Positions 49,915 through 60,514 of a stretch of DNA of 64,000 nucleotides are shown in pieces. The position numbers and the translations under genes are program-made. Below the pieces are notes generated by a model. It was given only the letters and a program-made list of their open reading frames with translations, ran no database searches and was not told where the DNA came from. The DNA comes from Candidatus Uhrbacteria bacterium (lineage in GTDB: Bacteria; Patescibacteriota; Patescibacteriia; UBA9934): contig JABHCP010000011.1 of NCBI GenBank assembly GCA_018673485.1, forward strand, positions 5,417 to 69,416, in the 5' to 3' direction. Each line of letters begins with the position of its first letter. Position 1 is the stretch's first letter.

Positions 49915-50999
49915 CGCGCTACTTCTTCTGTTTTAATTTCATCATCAACGAAACGAATCTTAAACCTGACCACACCGATAGTTTGGCCTCTTGAGGTTTG
50001 TACGTTAACCCTCCAAAATCCTTCAGAGAGGGAAGACTTCTGTGAAAATCCGCGGTAGCCCTCATCTCTTCCACCGTAAATCGTGAATCCTAGCTCGTCT
50101 TTTGTCACCCATCGCTTTGTGTCATTGTCAAAATGCTGCCACTCGTGGATGATCTGCGTATTAAGATCAAAGGGTGCAAAAATCGCGGAATATACGTAAA
50201 CGGGTTCACCTTCGCTGACATGTATCACCTCACCCGGAATCATCTTCTCAAGCAAATTCTGACTTTCAGCTTCTAAGATATATCCACCGTTTGATCGCTC
50301 AATGTGATGGTAAACACCGGCCTCGGTAAGTGACAAGGGAATTGGCGGTATCAGGTTTGTGAAATATAAAAGGTTCATCAATCCAAAGATAATCAGGGCG
50401 ATTACTTGCAATCGCTTTTTTATGAATTGAAGTCTGTGTGCATAACTTGCAAGCATCTCCAAATACAAATAACCAATCATTAAACTGAGAATGCCACCAA
50501 GTGCAAAAATCCACGCTGAAATCGAGTTAAATAGATATGGCAACATCAAGGTGATCAATGAAAGGGTGATGAAATAATACACACTCACCTGAATCATCGG
50601 TCTCATGTAATATTTGCGAAATGCCTCATTGGCAATCATGAGTATCGCGATCAAAAACATAAAGGGCCAGCTAACCGAGAAGGAACCTGAAAACCAATAG
50701 AAAATAAATGATGCGCTAAGTGTAGCTCCGAAAGTGAATTGGATGACAAGCGGCGCAATGATGCTGTAATACTTAGATACAATGTTTTGATGTGTTTGCT
50801 CAGATCCATTACTTCTGTGAATGAAAATAATGGTTGCGCCTGCTATTAGCCAATAAATAGCTAATACAATAAATGCGGAGCTAATCTTGATAGTACGAAA
50901 AGTGACGAAATCTACTATCACACCAAAAATCAGCATCGTTGGAATCAAGATGCGCTCGTTCGCCTTATAGAACTGCTTGAGCTTGGTGATAAATTGCAT
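49911..50999 (-). CDS. DUF2914 membrane protein
   Basis: TM domain, IPPIPLSL, GGRDEGYRG, G.WRV.V. Confidence 0.8.
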   Translation of the reverse strand: MQFITKLKQFYKANERILIPTMLIFGVIVDFVTFRTIKISSAFIVLAIYWLIAGATIIFIHRSNGSEQTHQNIVSKYYSIIAPLVIQFTFGATLSASFIFYWFSGSFSVSWPFMFLIAILMIANEAFRKYYMRPMIQVSVYYFITLSLITLMLPYLFNSISAWIFALGGILSLMIGYLYLEMLASYAHRLQFIKKRLQVIALIIFGLMNLLYFTNLIPPIPLSLTEAGVYHHIERSNGGYILEAESQNLLEKMIPGEVIHVSEGEPVYVYSAIFAPFDLNTQIIHEWQHFDNDTKRWVTKDELGFTIYGGRDEGYRGFSQKSSLSEGFWRVNVQTSRGQTIGVVRFKIRFVDDEIKTEEVAR

Positions 51000-51107
51000 G
51001 GAATTATTATAACAGATGACTGCAAGATTAGTGAAAAATTATAGTTATTTTAGCCAAATATTTGACATAAACGACTTTCAACGGTATAGTGCTATTCAAA
51101 CAAACAC

Positions 51108-51476
51108 ATGATTAACACAAAGATTACAATCGTTTGCACACACGGGAGAAACTTAAGCAAGTATTTAAAAGAGCACCTAATGGAGAAGGGGATCAAATCA
51201 CATGCTGTAGGCTTGTATTTTAAAAACTTAGCAACGATCCAAAAAATAAAGAATGCGAAAACTATTATCTGTGTTCATCCAGAAATTCAAAAAGAAGTAG
51301 AAGCAGAATTTGATCTTACAAAAAAGTATGTGATCTGCCTAAACGTAAGTGATTGCCCGAACGAATCAGGAACATCAAAAAATCTTACAGGTGACGTATG
51401 GCTAGAGTATCAAAAAGAATACGTTTATCCAGCGCTTGAAAGTCAAATCAAAAAATATTTAAAAAAATTAGCATAA
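51108..51476 (+). CDS. LMW phosphatase-fold protein with degenerate P-loop
   Basis: IVCTHGRNLS (CX5R Arg missing); promoter TTGACA-17-TATAGT at 51062. Confidence 0.5.
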   Translation: MINTKITIVCTHGRNLSKYLKEHLMEKGIKSHAVGLYFKNLATIQKIKNAKTIICVHPEIQKEVEAEFDLTKKYVICLNVSDCPNESGTSKNLTGDVWLEYQKEYVYPALESQIKKYLKKLA

Positions 51477-51575
51477 AAATTGACGACACAAGTCGTCTTT
51501 TTTGTTTTTCAACTGATGCACGAAACCCGAGCAAGCACGCAGCTTAACTCGGGTCCACGAAACGAAGAGGGCGCT

Positions 51576-52304
51576 CTACCAGGATAGCAGGAAGAAGATC
51601 GCTTCAGCCTTGGCTATCACTTCCCATTCGTACAATCCGTCCACACCCTGGTGCTCGCGGTAGGTCCTCAAGGCATCGGCCCACTCGATCACGTCCTGGT
51701 AGCGGACGTATCCATTCTCGTCAGCCAGATGACGGCAGATCTGCATCTGCATCCAGTCCCTATTGACGCTGTGGTTGCTGTCGAGGTTGAGCTTGTTGTA
51801 TTCGTGCTCAACACTTGCCATGGCACCAACCGTGATGCTAAGGAGGTGAAACTCCATATCTCCCCAGCCGATACCAGCCTGACCGACATTGGGACGTGAC
51901 TCGATCCCTTCGTCGCGCAGGACAACAGCGTCCAAGCTGTCGTACGTCATGCACGTTGTCTGGGTAGAATCGGTGCACTGGGCCATGGAGGACTTCTCCA
52001 CCACGATGCCGTTTGAGGTGATGGTATCTCGCCTGACATCGACCCAGCTCGGATTGTCGGCATCGAGGTGAGCCGTGACGGCTTCGACCTCACCGGTGAG
52101 CTCGGACTTGCCGAACACGATTCCGTCGGGGTAGGCCTCGGCGTAGCGGGGGTTGAGGTCGGACTGCAGCTCCCGATCGAGCTGCGCAAATGCGCTCTCC
52201 ACTTCGCTCCGTTCGACTGGGAGAGTCTTGAGCATGCCCGTGTGGGCGCAGCCCATGAATGCGAACGTGAGACAGGCGAGGATGAGATAGCTGAGATAGC
52301 GCAT
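51576..52304 (-). CDS. GC-rich putative lipoprotein
   Basis: MRYLSYLILACLTFAFMG-C; AAAGGA RBS; TTGACA promoter at 52390-52395. Confidence 0.7.
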   Translation of the reverse strand: MRYLSYLILACLTFAFMGCAHTGMLKTLPVERSEVESAFAQLDRELQSDLNPRYAEAYPDGIVFGKSELTGEVEAVTAHLDADNPSWVDVRRDTITSNGIVVEKSSMAQCTDSTQTTCMTYDSLDAVVLRDEGIESRPNVGQAGIGWGDMEFHLLSITVGAMASVEHEYNKLNLDSNHSVNRDWMQMQICRHLADENGYVRYQDVIEWADALRTYREHQGVDGLYEWEVIAKAEAIFFLLSW

Positions 52305-52438
52305 GGCGCTTCCTTTCACTTTAATGATCGGCTAGCCCTGCCGTAGGGTTGTCTTTGAGACATAAAAGACTACCAAGAAAATCGCTTTTTGTCAAGCACT
52401 ATTGATCAATCGGCGCAATTATATTAAATTGAATGCAT

Positions 52439-53413
52439 ATGAAAATACATCAATACGCAATTTTGATGACATTGCTGTGGATAGTCATCATCGCACTCAT
52501 GGTTGTCTATTCGAATAATGATAATGAGTCTATCGAAAATTCGATTATTGAGGTTGCTCAAGAGGTTGAAGAGGATATAGAGGTTGAAGTTGAGACTGAG
52601 GGCCCCAGCGAGCACAAACTAATAGGGAGCAACCAGTGGACTGCTGCCTATTACACGAATGGGTACGATGTATTTTACAAACGAGCCAATTCAGAGGATC
52701 AACTGGCAATACTCGAGGGGGCTGATCTTCAGACATTTGAAACCACTAGTACTTTCACAGCTAGAGATGCATACCACACCTATGTTCAAAATATTATTGT
52801 TGACTTAAATTCATTTGGAATACTCAACAACTATTATTCAAAGGATGAAAATTACGTTTATACAACTAATGGCCTAGGCTCGCAATGGAATACATATCTC
52901 GGAGATATGGACGCCGCATCGTTTGAGGTGATTGATGATCAATACGCAAAAGATGCTTACGGTGTTTATGGACCATGTTATGGATACGAATGGTTATGTA
53001 TGGATGAGATTGAGGGTGCTGATCCTTATAGCTTTGAGATTATCGGTGATGGATTTTCCAGGGATGCTTATAATTTATTCTTTCTTACAGATCTAATCGA
53101 AGGCGCTGACCCAAATTCGTTCACTCTCTTTGAGGCCGCCGAGTCAGTTTCAAACGGGTATTTTTCTGGCAAATTTTACATCGATGTAAATGCAATATAT
53201 TTCCTAGATCCAATGCATGAGTTCAGATCAGAGATTCAAGACATATCATCGCTAACGTTTGAAAAACAGGAGATCAACGAAAGCGACGGGTCATCTGACA
53301 CTTATATCGTTGATCAATACCAAAGATATATTATTAATTTTATTAAAACCGACAACTGTGCGCCATACGGGTGCAAATTAGATATAAGCATCGACATCGA
53401 ATCACTTCAATAA
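52439..53413 (+). CDS. DKNYY-repeat membrane-anchored protein
   Basis: GAD..SF and Y.KD...VY repeats. Confidence 0.8.
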   Translation: MKIHQYAILMTLLWIVIIALMVVYSNNDNESIENSIIEVAQEVEEDIEVEVETEGPSEHKLIGSNQWTAAYYTNGYDVFYKRANSEDQLAILEGADLQTFETTSTFTARDAYHTYVQNIIVDLNSFGILNNYYSKDENYVYTTNGLGSQWNTYLGDMDAASFEVIDDQYAKDAYGVYGPCYGYEWLCMDEIEGADPYSFEIIGDGFSRDAYNLFFLTDLIEGADPNSFTLFEAAESVSNGYFSGKFYIDVNAIYFLDPMHEFRSEIQDISSLTFEKQEINESDGSSDTYIVDQYQRYIINFIKTDNCAPYGCKLDISIDIESLQ

Positions 53414-53844
53414 TGAACTCCGATCAAACCGCAATGTTTTTAAATGACGAAAAGCAACCAGCTGATAAATGGTTGCAATTTCATGCCATAATTGTAGACC
53501 GTGGATCAAAATACAGTGTTACTGCTGGGCACATCGAGAACGCCACCGAACTCAATCAATTTTTAAAAAAGCTCAAATCTGATAAAAAGTATCGCAAAGC
53601 TACTCATAACACGTATGCTGCTCGATATATCGAAAATGGCAAAATCATTGATGTAAAAAGTGATGATGGTGAAACGGGTGCAGGAATGATAGTCCTACGT
53701 GAACTTCAAAGATCGAATACAGCGAATATAATCGTAGTAGTAACTCGTTGGTTTGGAGGCGTGATGTTGCATGGTGATAGGTTCAAACATGTGCAAGATG
53801 CGACACGCAAAATACTAGGAGAATTGACTTTTTCAAAAAAATAG
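53413..53844 (+). CDS. YigZ/IMPACT family protein
   Basis: ATHN.YA, DDGE.GAG, VVVTRWFGG. Confidence 0.88.
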   Translation: MNSDQTAMFLNDEKQPADKWLQFHAIIVDRGSKYSVTAGHIENATELNQFLKKLKSDKKYRKATHNTYAARYIENGKIIDVKSDDGETGAGMIVLRELQRSNTANIIVVVTRWFGGVMLHGDRFKHVQDATRKILGELTFSKK

Positions 53845-53858
53845 GCTAGTTTATTGCC

Positions 53859-54755
53859 ATGAACAAACTCAAAAAAATCAATTTATATAATTCAGATAAA
53901 CGATTCCGCAAGGGATTTTTTGAATTTTGTAAAAAATCAAAAGTTGAAGTCCACAATATTAGACTTCGATATTCGATTATTCATCTGAAGAATAAGAAGG
54001 AGATAAAATTCATTCATCAAAACGATGAGTTTAGCGTTGATGACGCATACAACTATATTAGACTGAGGGGAATAGAGTCCCATACTCCGGCACTCATCGC
54101 TATGTATTGCAAGAAGAAGCGGTTAAAGATGAATGACCCGATAAATGAACATCACACAAAGTCGGTAAATAAAATCACCCAGATGCTAATGCTCTGGTTG
54201 AATAAGTTGCCTATTCCAGAAACTATCATTACCACAAAGTACTCTTACAATAAAAACAAGGAATACATTTTAGAAAATACAAACTTCCCATGTGTTCTAA
54301 AAGGGTACGGTGACCGTGGCACAAGTGTTTGGAAGATCGACAACGCCAAAGAGCTTAATAAGCGGATGAAGCTAACCAAGTCAATGAAACGAAAGATGGT
54401 TAAAGCTGGGAAAATCGAAACTTTCATAATTCAGCAATACATACAAAACACTCATGACTTCCGCGTAACCATGTTTGAGCACGAAGTTTTGGGCGTTATA
54501 AAACGAATTTCAAAAGACGGATTTTATAATAACTTTTCGCTCGGTGCCGACTATGAAGTTTCTGAAATCACTAAAGATGAGGAATTGCTAAGTCAAAAAG
54601 CCTGTGACGCATGTGGTATTGATCTAGGTGGAGTTGATTTTGTACGAACAGATGATGGAATAGTATTTTTCGAGATCAACAAATCTCCTCAAATCAATAA
54701 AAAGTATCCAGCGCTCATCGCACAACGTATAACAGAAAAATACCTTCAAAAGTAA
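53859..54755 (+). CDS. RimK-like ATP-grasp protein
   Basis: PIPET, FPCVLK, QQYI, DFRV, GVD, FEIN..P. Confidence 0.8.
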   Translation: MNKLKKINLYNSDKRFRKGFFEFCKKSKVEVHNIRLRYSIIHLKNKKEIKFIHQNDEFSVDDAYNYIRLRGIESHTPALIAMYCKKKRLKMNDPINEHHTKSVNKITQMLMLWLNKLPIPETIITTKYSYNKNKEYILENTNFPCVLKGYGDRGTSVWKIDNAKELNKRMKLTKSMKRKMVKAGKIETFIIQQYIQNTHDFRVTMFEHEVLGVIKRISKDGFYNNFSLGADYEVSEITKDEELLSQKACDACGIDLGGVDFVRTDDGIVFFEINKSPQINKKYPALIAQRITEKYLQK

Positions 54756-54782
54756 TTTTACTCGATATCGTTTAATTATCTT

Positions 54783-55541
54783 ATGGCGATACACAACCTT
54801 TACAAGCCGATCGGAATTTCACCGCTCGATCTAATAGAGAATTTCAAAAAGAAAAATCCCGAGTTGATAAATGAGAAAATGACATACGCTGGCAGACTTG
54901 ACCCAATAGCTGACGGCGTTGTTTTAATTTTAAGTGGAGAGGATAGATTTGATAAAGATGATTTCCTGAAACTTGATAAAAAGTATAAAGCGCAAATTCT
55001 GTTCGGAATTAAGTCGGACACTTTCGATATACTTGGAATGCCATCAGATCCGATCGACACATCAACGCTCGATATTAAATCAAAAGTGAAGCTCGATGAA
55101 CTTATCGGTACGCATAACATCAAGGTACCATCGTACTCATCTGTAATAGTTGGTAAAAAACCATTATTTGAATGGGCACGGTCTAATCAGTTGGATCAGA
55201 TTTCAATTCCAGAGCGTGAGATGACCATCAAGAGCGCTGAGCTCATCGAAAGCTCGACAGTTGAGAGCCAAGATCTATTAAATCAGATCGAAACTAAAAT
55301 TAAACTAGTACAAGGAGACTTTCGACAAGATGAGATCATCGAGTCTTGGCGTAGTATCTTGAGCACAACGAATAGCAAATTCTCGACAATCACAATCGAC
55401 CTTCATGTGACGTCAGGTACATACATCCGCTCAATAGCACACGAGCTTGGCGCGAAGCTCGGCTGTGGTGCGATACTATTTAGCCTGACAAGAACAGCGG
55501 TTGGTAATCATAATATTCATGATTCGGTAAAAACGGTTTAA
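54783..55541 (+). CDS. truB: tRNA pseudouridine synthase B-like
   Basis: KPIG, AGRLDP.ADGV, K.Y, PSYSS, SGTYIRS, L.RT.VG. Confidence 0.8.
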   Translation: MAIHNLYKPIGISPLDLIENFKKKNPELINEKMTYAGRLDPIADGVVLILSGEDRFDKDDFLKLDKKYKAQILFGIKSDTFDILGMPSDPIDTSTLDIKSKVKLDELIGTHNIKVPSYSSVIVGKKPLFEWARSNQLDQISIPEREMTIKSAELIESSTVESQDLLNQIETKIKLVQGDFRQDEIIESWRSILSTTNSKFSTITIDLHVTSGTYIRSIAHELGAKLGCGAILFSLTRTAVGNHNIHDSVKTV

Positions 55542-55557
55542 TATACTTGTGCGAATA

Positions 55558-55595
55558 AATTACACATCTGAGTCGATCGACTCAGATGTGTAATT
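55558..55595. repeat. Perfect 38-bp CGATCG-centred palindrome
   Basis: AATTACACATCTGAGT-CGATCG-ACTCAGATGTGTAATT. Confidence 0.9.
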
Positions 55596-55661
55596 ACACC
55601 AGTCAAGTCTGTCAGCCTAAAATAAAAAAACGAGGACAATCCTCGTTTTTTTATTTTACCT

Positions 55662-56468
55662 CTATTCGCAACCCATTTCAGTGCAAAGCCATCCTATCTG
55701 ATCATTGCAACTACATTCATTGCAAATATTTTGATAACTATCTCCAACATGATAACTAATGTTATCAGCTTCGCATGTGTATGGTCGGTGAGAAAGTGTC
55801 TTAATCAACTCCCAAGAATCATCGTCCATATCATCACCCATCTCAAATTGATCGATTTCATCTACATAAAAAGTTCTTATGCCCCAGTCATCATATGCCT
55901 GATCGATATGATCTTCTGCATAACGAATTTCCGATCCATCAAAATAATAACTATTTGACGCTGAAGGATCATCAGGATTATAGGCAAATAATAAAGAGCC
56001 TTCAGGTACCTCACCAGCTTCCAATGGTGCGCCTACAGTATATGAGGGCCAGAAAGCCTCTGAAGTATCACGAACGTATGTCCACCATAAATCTCCGTAA
56101 AGCTCTATCGCATCCGACTCAGACGCTATCAATCTAAGCAATCCACCAGGCTCAACTGCATAAACATCATCAGTGCTTGGCATTGTTAATAAATTCGTAC
56201 CAGGTTGAAACGTGACAACACCACCAATCGGGTATGTTGACAACTCATCACAAGAAACGTCGATAACATCGTTGAAATCCATATACCAAGTGAAGTATGT
56301 TGTCTCATCAGGAAAGACCCAACGTTCATCTGCATCTGATAAATAATAGACTGATGAGTAATCCGCGCATTTAATAAGAGAATTGGTCACCAGTGGACGT
56401 AAGGCATATGCAGAGCTAAACACTGACCCAGACAACGCCACCAACAATAAAACAGCAAGTTTTTTCAT
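55662..56468 (-). CDS. Secreted protein with C-terminal pacifastin/VWC-like Cys module
   Basis: Signal peptide; SSVYY...RWVFP repeats; C..CNECSC...CTEMGC. Confidence 0.7.
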   Translation of the reverse strand: MKKLAVLLLVALSGSVFSSAYALRPLVTNSLIKCADYSSVYYLSDADERWVFPDETTYFTWYMDFNDVIDVSCDELSTYPIGGVVTFQPGTNLLTMPSTDDVYAVEPGGLLRLIASESDAIELYGDLWWTYVRDTSEAFWPSYTVGAPLEAGEVPEGSLLFAYNPDDPSASNSYYFDGSEIRYAEDHIDQAYDDWGIRTFYVDEIDQFEMGDDMDDDSWELIKTLSHRPYTCEADNISYHVGDSYQNICNECSCNDQIGWLCTEMGCE

Positions 56469-56477
56469 AGGATGTGA

Positions 56478-57872
56478 TTAAAAAAGTTTATCAATTATTA
56501 CTATGATACTAAAGAATCCAAAGAATGCGAATATTAATCCCATGATCAACTTGCGCCACAACCTCGCTCGTGCAAATTTTGGCAATGCTTTTTGGTTTAG
56601 GTATGTGACAAGTCCAACATGCACGAACATCGCAAATGCATTAATGACGGCACCAAGCACAATTAGTGTTTTTGGCTCTGAGAAATTAAGTAAAAAGAGC
56701 AGGGAACCAAATGCAATTTGTGCCCAAACAAAACCGAAATAAATTCTAGAAAGACACACGTTCGCATCTTTACCATTTTTTATCTTAGTTATCGCAAGAT
56801 TCTCCGCCATTATCCTTGAGGTCGAATCCATAACACCAAGCTGAGTCTGGAAAAGCATTATCACGACTACTATCAAGAAAAGAACGCCAGCCCAAGGCCC
56901 AATAACAGCGCCGATCGCTGAGCCTTCATGGATCACAAAATTAATACCCTCAGCAGTTCCTTCGACCCCATACGTTGTCGCATAGGCGAGAATCATCAAC
57001 AATAAGATTGAGATAGCCCCAATAAGCCAAAATACTATCGCATGTTCGATGCTAACGCGTCTCCACCACACATTAAAACGTTTTTTCGATTCTGGAGTAA
57101 TCTCAAAATCCTTACCTTCAAGATCGATCTTTTTCTCATTTTTCAATATTTTAAATAATCCTGAAATCTTTTGAGCGTACTTTCCCATTCCATATCCTTT
57201 TTCTTTAATATAAATTGACTGTGTCAGATTTAAGTTTCCACCAGCGCCAGCATAAGCGAATGCTCCTAGGAACGTCGCCAATACAATTCCTTCTGGCATA
57301 AACCTATATCCTTCCCCCAAACCAACCACACCTTGACTAAGTGCAACCCAGTCCGCACCATCGGTGAGAAGTATCACTAAAATAAATACAAATGGAACTC
57401 CCAAAAGAATAATCGTCTTAGTGATTCGCTCCATCATTCCATAAACTGTTTTTCCAGCACTGAGTATCAAGCCAATCAATACTAAGAATCCAATAGCCAC
57501 AAATCGATGATCTTCAAACCCCACGATGGATGAAAAAACCTTCGCTGATGCTGCGATAATTCCCGGTATACCAAATCCTAAAAATGTGGAGAAGATGAAC
57601 CACGCCGGTGCTAACTTCCAAAACTTAGCAATCCCCACAAACACGCTCTCACCCTTCACAAGCGCATAACGCTCAATCTCCATATTCATGAAGTACTGGA
57701 ATGTGATTCCAATCACCGCACCCCAGGCAATACCTAGTCCATAATTTGATGCTAAGTACGGCCACAAAATCACCTCACCCGACCCCAGTCCAAGGGCAAG
57801 TATAATAAAACTCGGTCCGATCAATTTCTTAAGCGGTAGTGCCTTTGGAAATTCTTTTTTCGATTTGGTCAT
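56478..57872 (-). CDS. Nramp-related transporter
   Basis: GPSFI..A.G.GSGE...WP, E.ERY...GES, about 11 TM. Confidence 0.75.
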   Translation of the reverse strand: MTKSKKEFPKALPLKKLIGPSFIILALGLGSGEVILWPYLASNYGLGIAWGAVIGITFQYFMNMEIERYALVKGESVFVGIAKFWKLAPAWFIFSTFLGFGIPGIIAASAKVFSSIVGFEDHRFVAIGFLVLIGLILSAGKTVYGMMERITKTIILLGVPFVFILVILLTDGADWVALSQGVVGLGEGYRFMPEGIVLATFLGAFAYAGAGGNLNLTQSIYIKEKGYGMGKYAQKISGLFKILKNEKKIDLEGKDFEITPESKKRFNVWWRRVSIEHAIVFWLIGAISILLLMILAYATTYGVEGTAEGINFVIHEGSAIGAVIGPWAGVLFLIVVVIMLFQTQLGVMDSTSRIMAENLAITKIKNGKDANVCLSRIYFGFVWAQIAFGSLLFLLNFSEPKTLIVLGAVINAFAMFVHVGLVTYLNQKALPKFARARLWRKLIMGLIFAFFGFFSIIVIIDKLF

Positions 57873-58061
57873 ATGAGAACATTATATCAGAATTATTGAC
57901 ATAAATAGCACACCCATATATTATCGCATTAGTATGATAAAGCGATTTAATTCAAATCAACCGCAGCCGATACTGACCATGATGGACAGCTCGGTATTTT
58001 GTTTATAGAAGATCAATTTTAAAAAGAATATAAAGCTGGCCAATCATGGTCAGCTTTTTGC

Positions 58062-58322
58062 ATGGAGACAATCATGCAGCCAACACGTCTCGTGATTGTG
58101 GCCGATGGCCACGATCTGACCAAAATCATCAACGTACTTGAATCCATTGGGATCAAGCCATCACAGGTCCACGTATCTGTCGATCAATGCAGTGATATAT
58201 TGATCGATCGGGGAGTGGCATTCGATATTCCGAAAGGACAAGTCTATGTGCGCAGATCAACTCCAAGGCGTGTGGGGTACGATGGCGTGACCGGCACCTA
58301 CAGCCACCTTGACAACGACTGA
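58062..58322 (+). CDS. Small hypothetical protein (moderately GC-rich)
   Basis: TTGACA-17-TATTAT promoter at 57896; hairpin 58345-58370 downstream. Confidence 0.5.
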   Translation: METIMQPTRLVIVADGHDLTKIINVLESIGIKPSQVHVSVDQCSDILIDRGVAFDIPKGQVYVRRSTPRRVGYDGVTGTYSHLDND

Positions 58323-58413
58323 CTGTGAGATCGGGTCAAGCTAAAACTGGGGTCACTCGTGACCCCAGTTCCTCACACTAACTATCAAACTATTTATTAA
58401 ATCGATAAAATGA

Positions 58414-58453
58414 ATGTTTCACTAAGGTCTCGATCGAGACCTTAGTGAAACAT
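58414..58453. repeat. Perfect 40-bp CGATCG-centred palindrome
   Basis: ATGTTTCACTAAGGTCT-CGATCG-AGACCTTAGTGAAACAT. Confidence 0.9.
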
Positions 58454-58473
58454 ATATGATATTATTTGTGTAT

Positions 58474-58890
58474 ATGAATAAATCTATACGCATTATTTTT
58501 TACTTACTGTCATCAAACTTCGTTCTACTGCTTGGAGTTTTCTTTGTGCCACAAATGCAAGAACTATTTCAAGGTGAGGCATTCCTCTTGCCGTGCTTTA
58601 CATTTTCAGTGCTTGGCCTAGCTCTTCTAGTCTCATCACTCAAATCTGAAATTAAACTAAAAGAAAAAAGAGCACTGCTCGCTACTTCCATCGGTGCTCT
58701 TGGATTTTTTGTGTCAATTTTTCTGCACAATGCCTTTTATGCTCTCGCTGAGATCTCATCGTCAATTCCAGTATTACCAACTATCTTCGAATTCCTTCAA
58801 ATCATATTCTTCCTTGCTGCGATTTTCTTAAGTCCAATATTGTTCTTGTTCGGAACAATATCGTTCATCGTTATTACTCGATCGAAATAA
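58474..58890 (+). CDS. Membrane protein (about 4 TM)
   Basis: Hydrophobic; FLHNAFYA motif. Confidence 0.6.
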   Translation: MNKSIRIIFYLLSSNFVLLLGVFFVPQMQELFQGEAFLLPCFTFSVLGLALLVSSLKSEIKLKEKRALLATSIGALGFFVSIFLHNAFYALAEISSSIPVLPTIFEFLQIIFFLAAIFLSPILFLFGTISFIVITRSK

Positions 58891-59377
58891 CCTCATACTC
58901 CATAATATCTCCAGCGATCTCCACGCTCACCTTATCACTAACTTTTTTACCTATCAAAGCAGATCCGATGGGGGAGAGGTGAGATATCTTTCCTCTAAGT
59001 GGATCGGTCTCGTGTGATCCTAAAATTTCAAACTGTGTCTGTTTGCCGTCGCGTACAACGATCACAATCGACCCGATTTGCACCAGATCATTAGACACTG
59101 GCTTCTTGATAATAATCGCATTCTTGATTCGCTCCTTAAGCCCCTCGATCTGCCCCATGGTTCTCCGCAGCGTAAACTTAGCTTCTTGATAGGCGGCGTT
59201 TTCACTTAAATCACCCATCTCCTGGGTTCTAGTTACCTCAGCCGCTAAATCTCGCAATGATTTTTCTAAACGCTCTAATTTTTTGCACATCTTATCAAAT
59301 GCATTTTGTGTGATGTGGTTGTCAGTTGTGCGAGACATCTGTCTTTCTCTTTCTTTTTTTCTAGTTGGCAATCGCAT
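58874..59377 (-). CDS. greA: Transcription elongation factor GreA
   Basis: GDLSENAAY..AK, IS..SP.G.AL.GK. Confidence 0.9.
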   Translation of the reverse strand: MRLPTRKKERERQMSRTTDNHITQNAFDKMCKKLERLEKSLRDLAAEVTRTQEMGDLSENAAYQEAKFTLRRTMGQIEGLKERIKNAIIIKKPVSNDLVQIGSIVIVVRDGKQTQFEILGSHETDPLRGKISHLSPIGSALIGKKVSDKVSVEIAGDIMEYEVISIE

Positions 59378-59412
59378 AGCTCTTTAGTTATAATGAAACA
59401 AATATATCACAT

Positions 59413-59799
59413 ATGCAAAAAGAAAAAACAAAGTCCAATTTTTGGAAGCCTTTATTAATAACAATTGGCGTTTTAATCGGATTAGGGATTATCGCCGTAA
59501 CGATAATTATAGTTACGCTCTTAATCGTTAAACCTTTTGATATTAATCTAGCCGATGTGCCAGGGGCTATAATAAATGCAACCGATACGGAGTCGAGCTA
59601 CGACCATCCTTTACTATCATCCGATCAAGAGGTTATGCTCGAATCAGTAGGAATAGACACAACGCAACTTCCAACAGAAATAACAACAGAGCAAGTAAAC
59701 TGCGGGGTCGAAGCGCTCGGTCAAGAACGAGTTGATGAAATAATGGCCGGCTCACAACCAACGTTTACAGATATACTAAACGCACAACATTGCTATTAG
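59413..59799 (+). CDS. Membrane-anchored hypothetical protein
   Basis: Single TM; YDHPLL...C..EALG..R. Confidence 0.6.
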   Translation: MQKEKTKSNFWKPLLITIGVLIGLGIIAVTIIIVTLLIVKPFDINLADVPGAIINATDTESSYDHPLLSSDQEVMLESVGIDTTQLPTEITTEQVNCGVEALGQERVDEIMAGSQPTFTDILNAQHCY

Positions 59800-59809
59800 C
59801 AAAAAAAAT

Positions 59810-60337
59810 ATGTCAGATCAACCGATTGTTAGCCTAGTAAGTGACGATGAAATTCAAGGACCAGCTAAAGAACTTTTTGCAAAAATGACCAAAGCTCAAG
59901 GCGGCGTTCCAAAATGGATGCGAGTTATGGCAAACTGTGACGATATCCTCATGCCATTTTTTGGAATGTTTAAGTCGACAATGGACGACTCACCGCTCAA
60001 TCAAACTTTGAAATGGAAAGTGGCGATGCTTGTATCGAAAATTAACGAATGCACCTACTGCGTCAGCGTAGTCGAATCAAAGCTAAAAGGCTTTGGGCTG
60101 ACTGACGAACAAATAAAATCAGTCACAGAGGAACCAGCTGACGACCGCGAACGTCTAGCATTTGAGTTTGCAAAAAATGCCACGCAGAAAGCCTACAATA
60201 TGGATGTCGATCTAATCGAACAAGTTAAAAAGGAATTCTCTGAATGTGAGATCGTTGAACTTACTGCCGTTGTTGGACTTTTCAGTTACATAAATCGTTT
60301 TAACGACGCGTTAAATATCCTACCCGACATTGACTAG
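59810..60337 (+). CDS. AhpD/CMD-family peroxidase-related protein
   Basis: VS.INECTYC, EIVEL, NRFNDAL. Confidence 0.85.
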   Translation: MSDQPIVSLVSDDEIQGPAKELFAKMTKAQGGVPKWMRVMANCDDILMPFFGMFKSTMDDSPLNQTLKWKVAMLVSKINECTYCVSVVESKLKGFGLTDEQIKSVTEEPADDRERLAFEFAKNATQKAYNMDVDLIEQVKKEFSECEIVELTAVVGLFSYINRFNDALNILPDID

Positions 60338-60355
60338 ATCGAACTTCAATAAAAG

Positions 60356-60505
60356 AAAAAACCACCTCCGCCCTCCATCTCGAGGAGCCATGCGACGACC
60401 TGCCGGCAGGCAGGGAGATCTACTTAATAGATTTCCCGGCGGAGCCGGGCCAGGCTACGCCCGGCTCCCAAACCTCGAGATGAGAACTAAGAAGTGGTTT
60501 TTTTT
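60356..60505. repeat. Nested palindromic REP-like element within a bidirectional terminator (copy C)
   Basis: AAAAAACCAC...GTGGTTTTTT; CATCTCGAG...CTCGAGATG; GAGATCT...AGATTTC; nested CCTGCCGGCAGG. Confidence 0.75.
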
Positions 60506-60514
60506 AATTCATTA

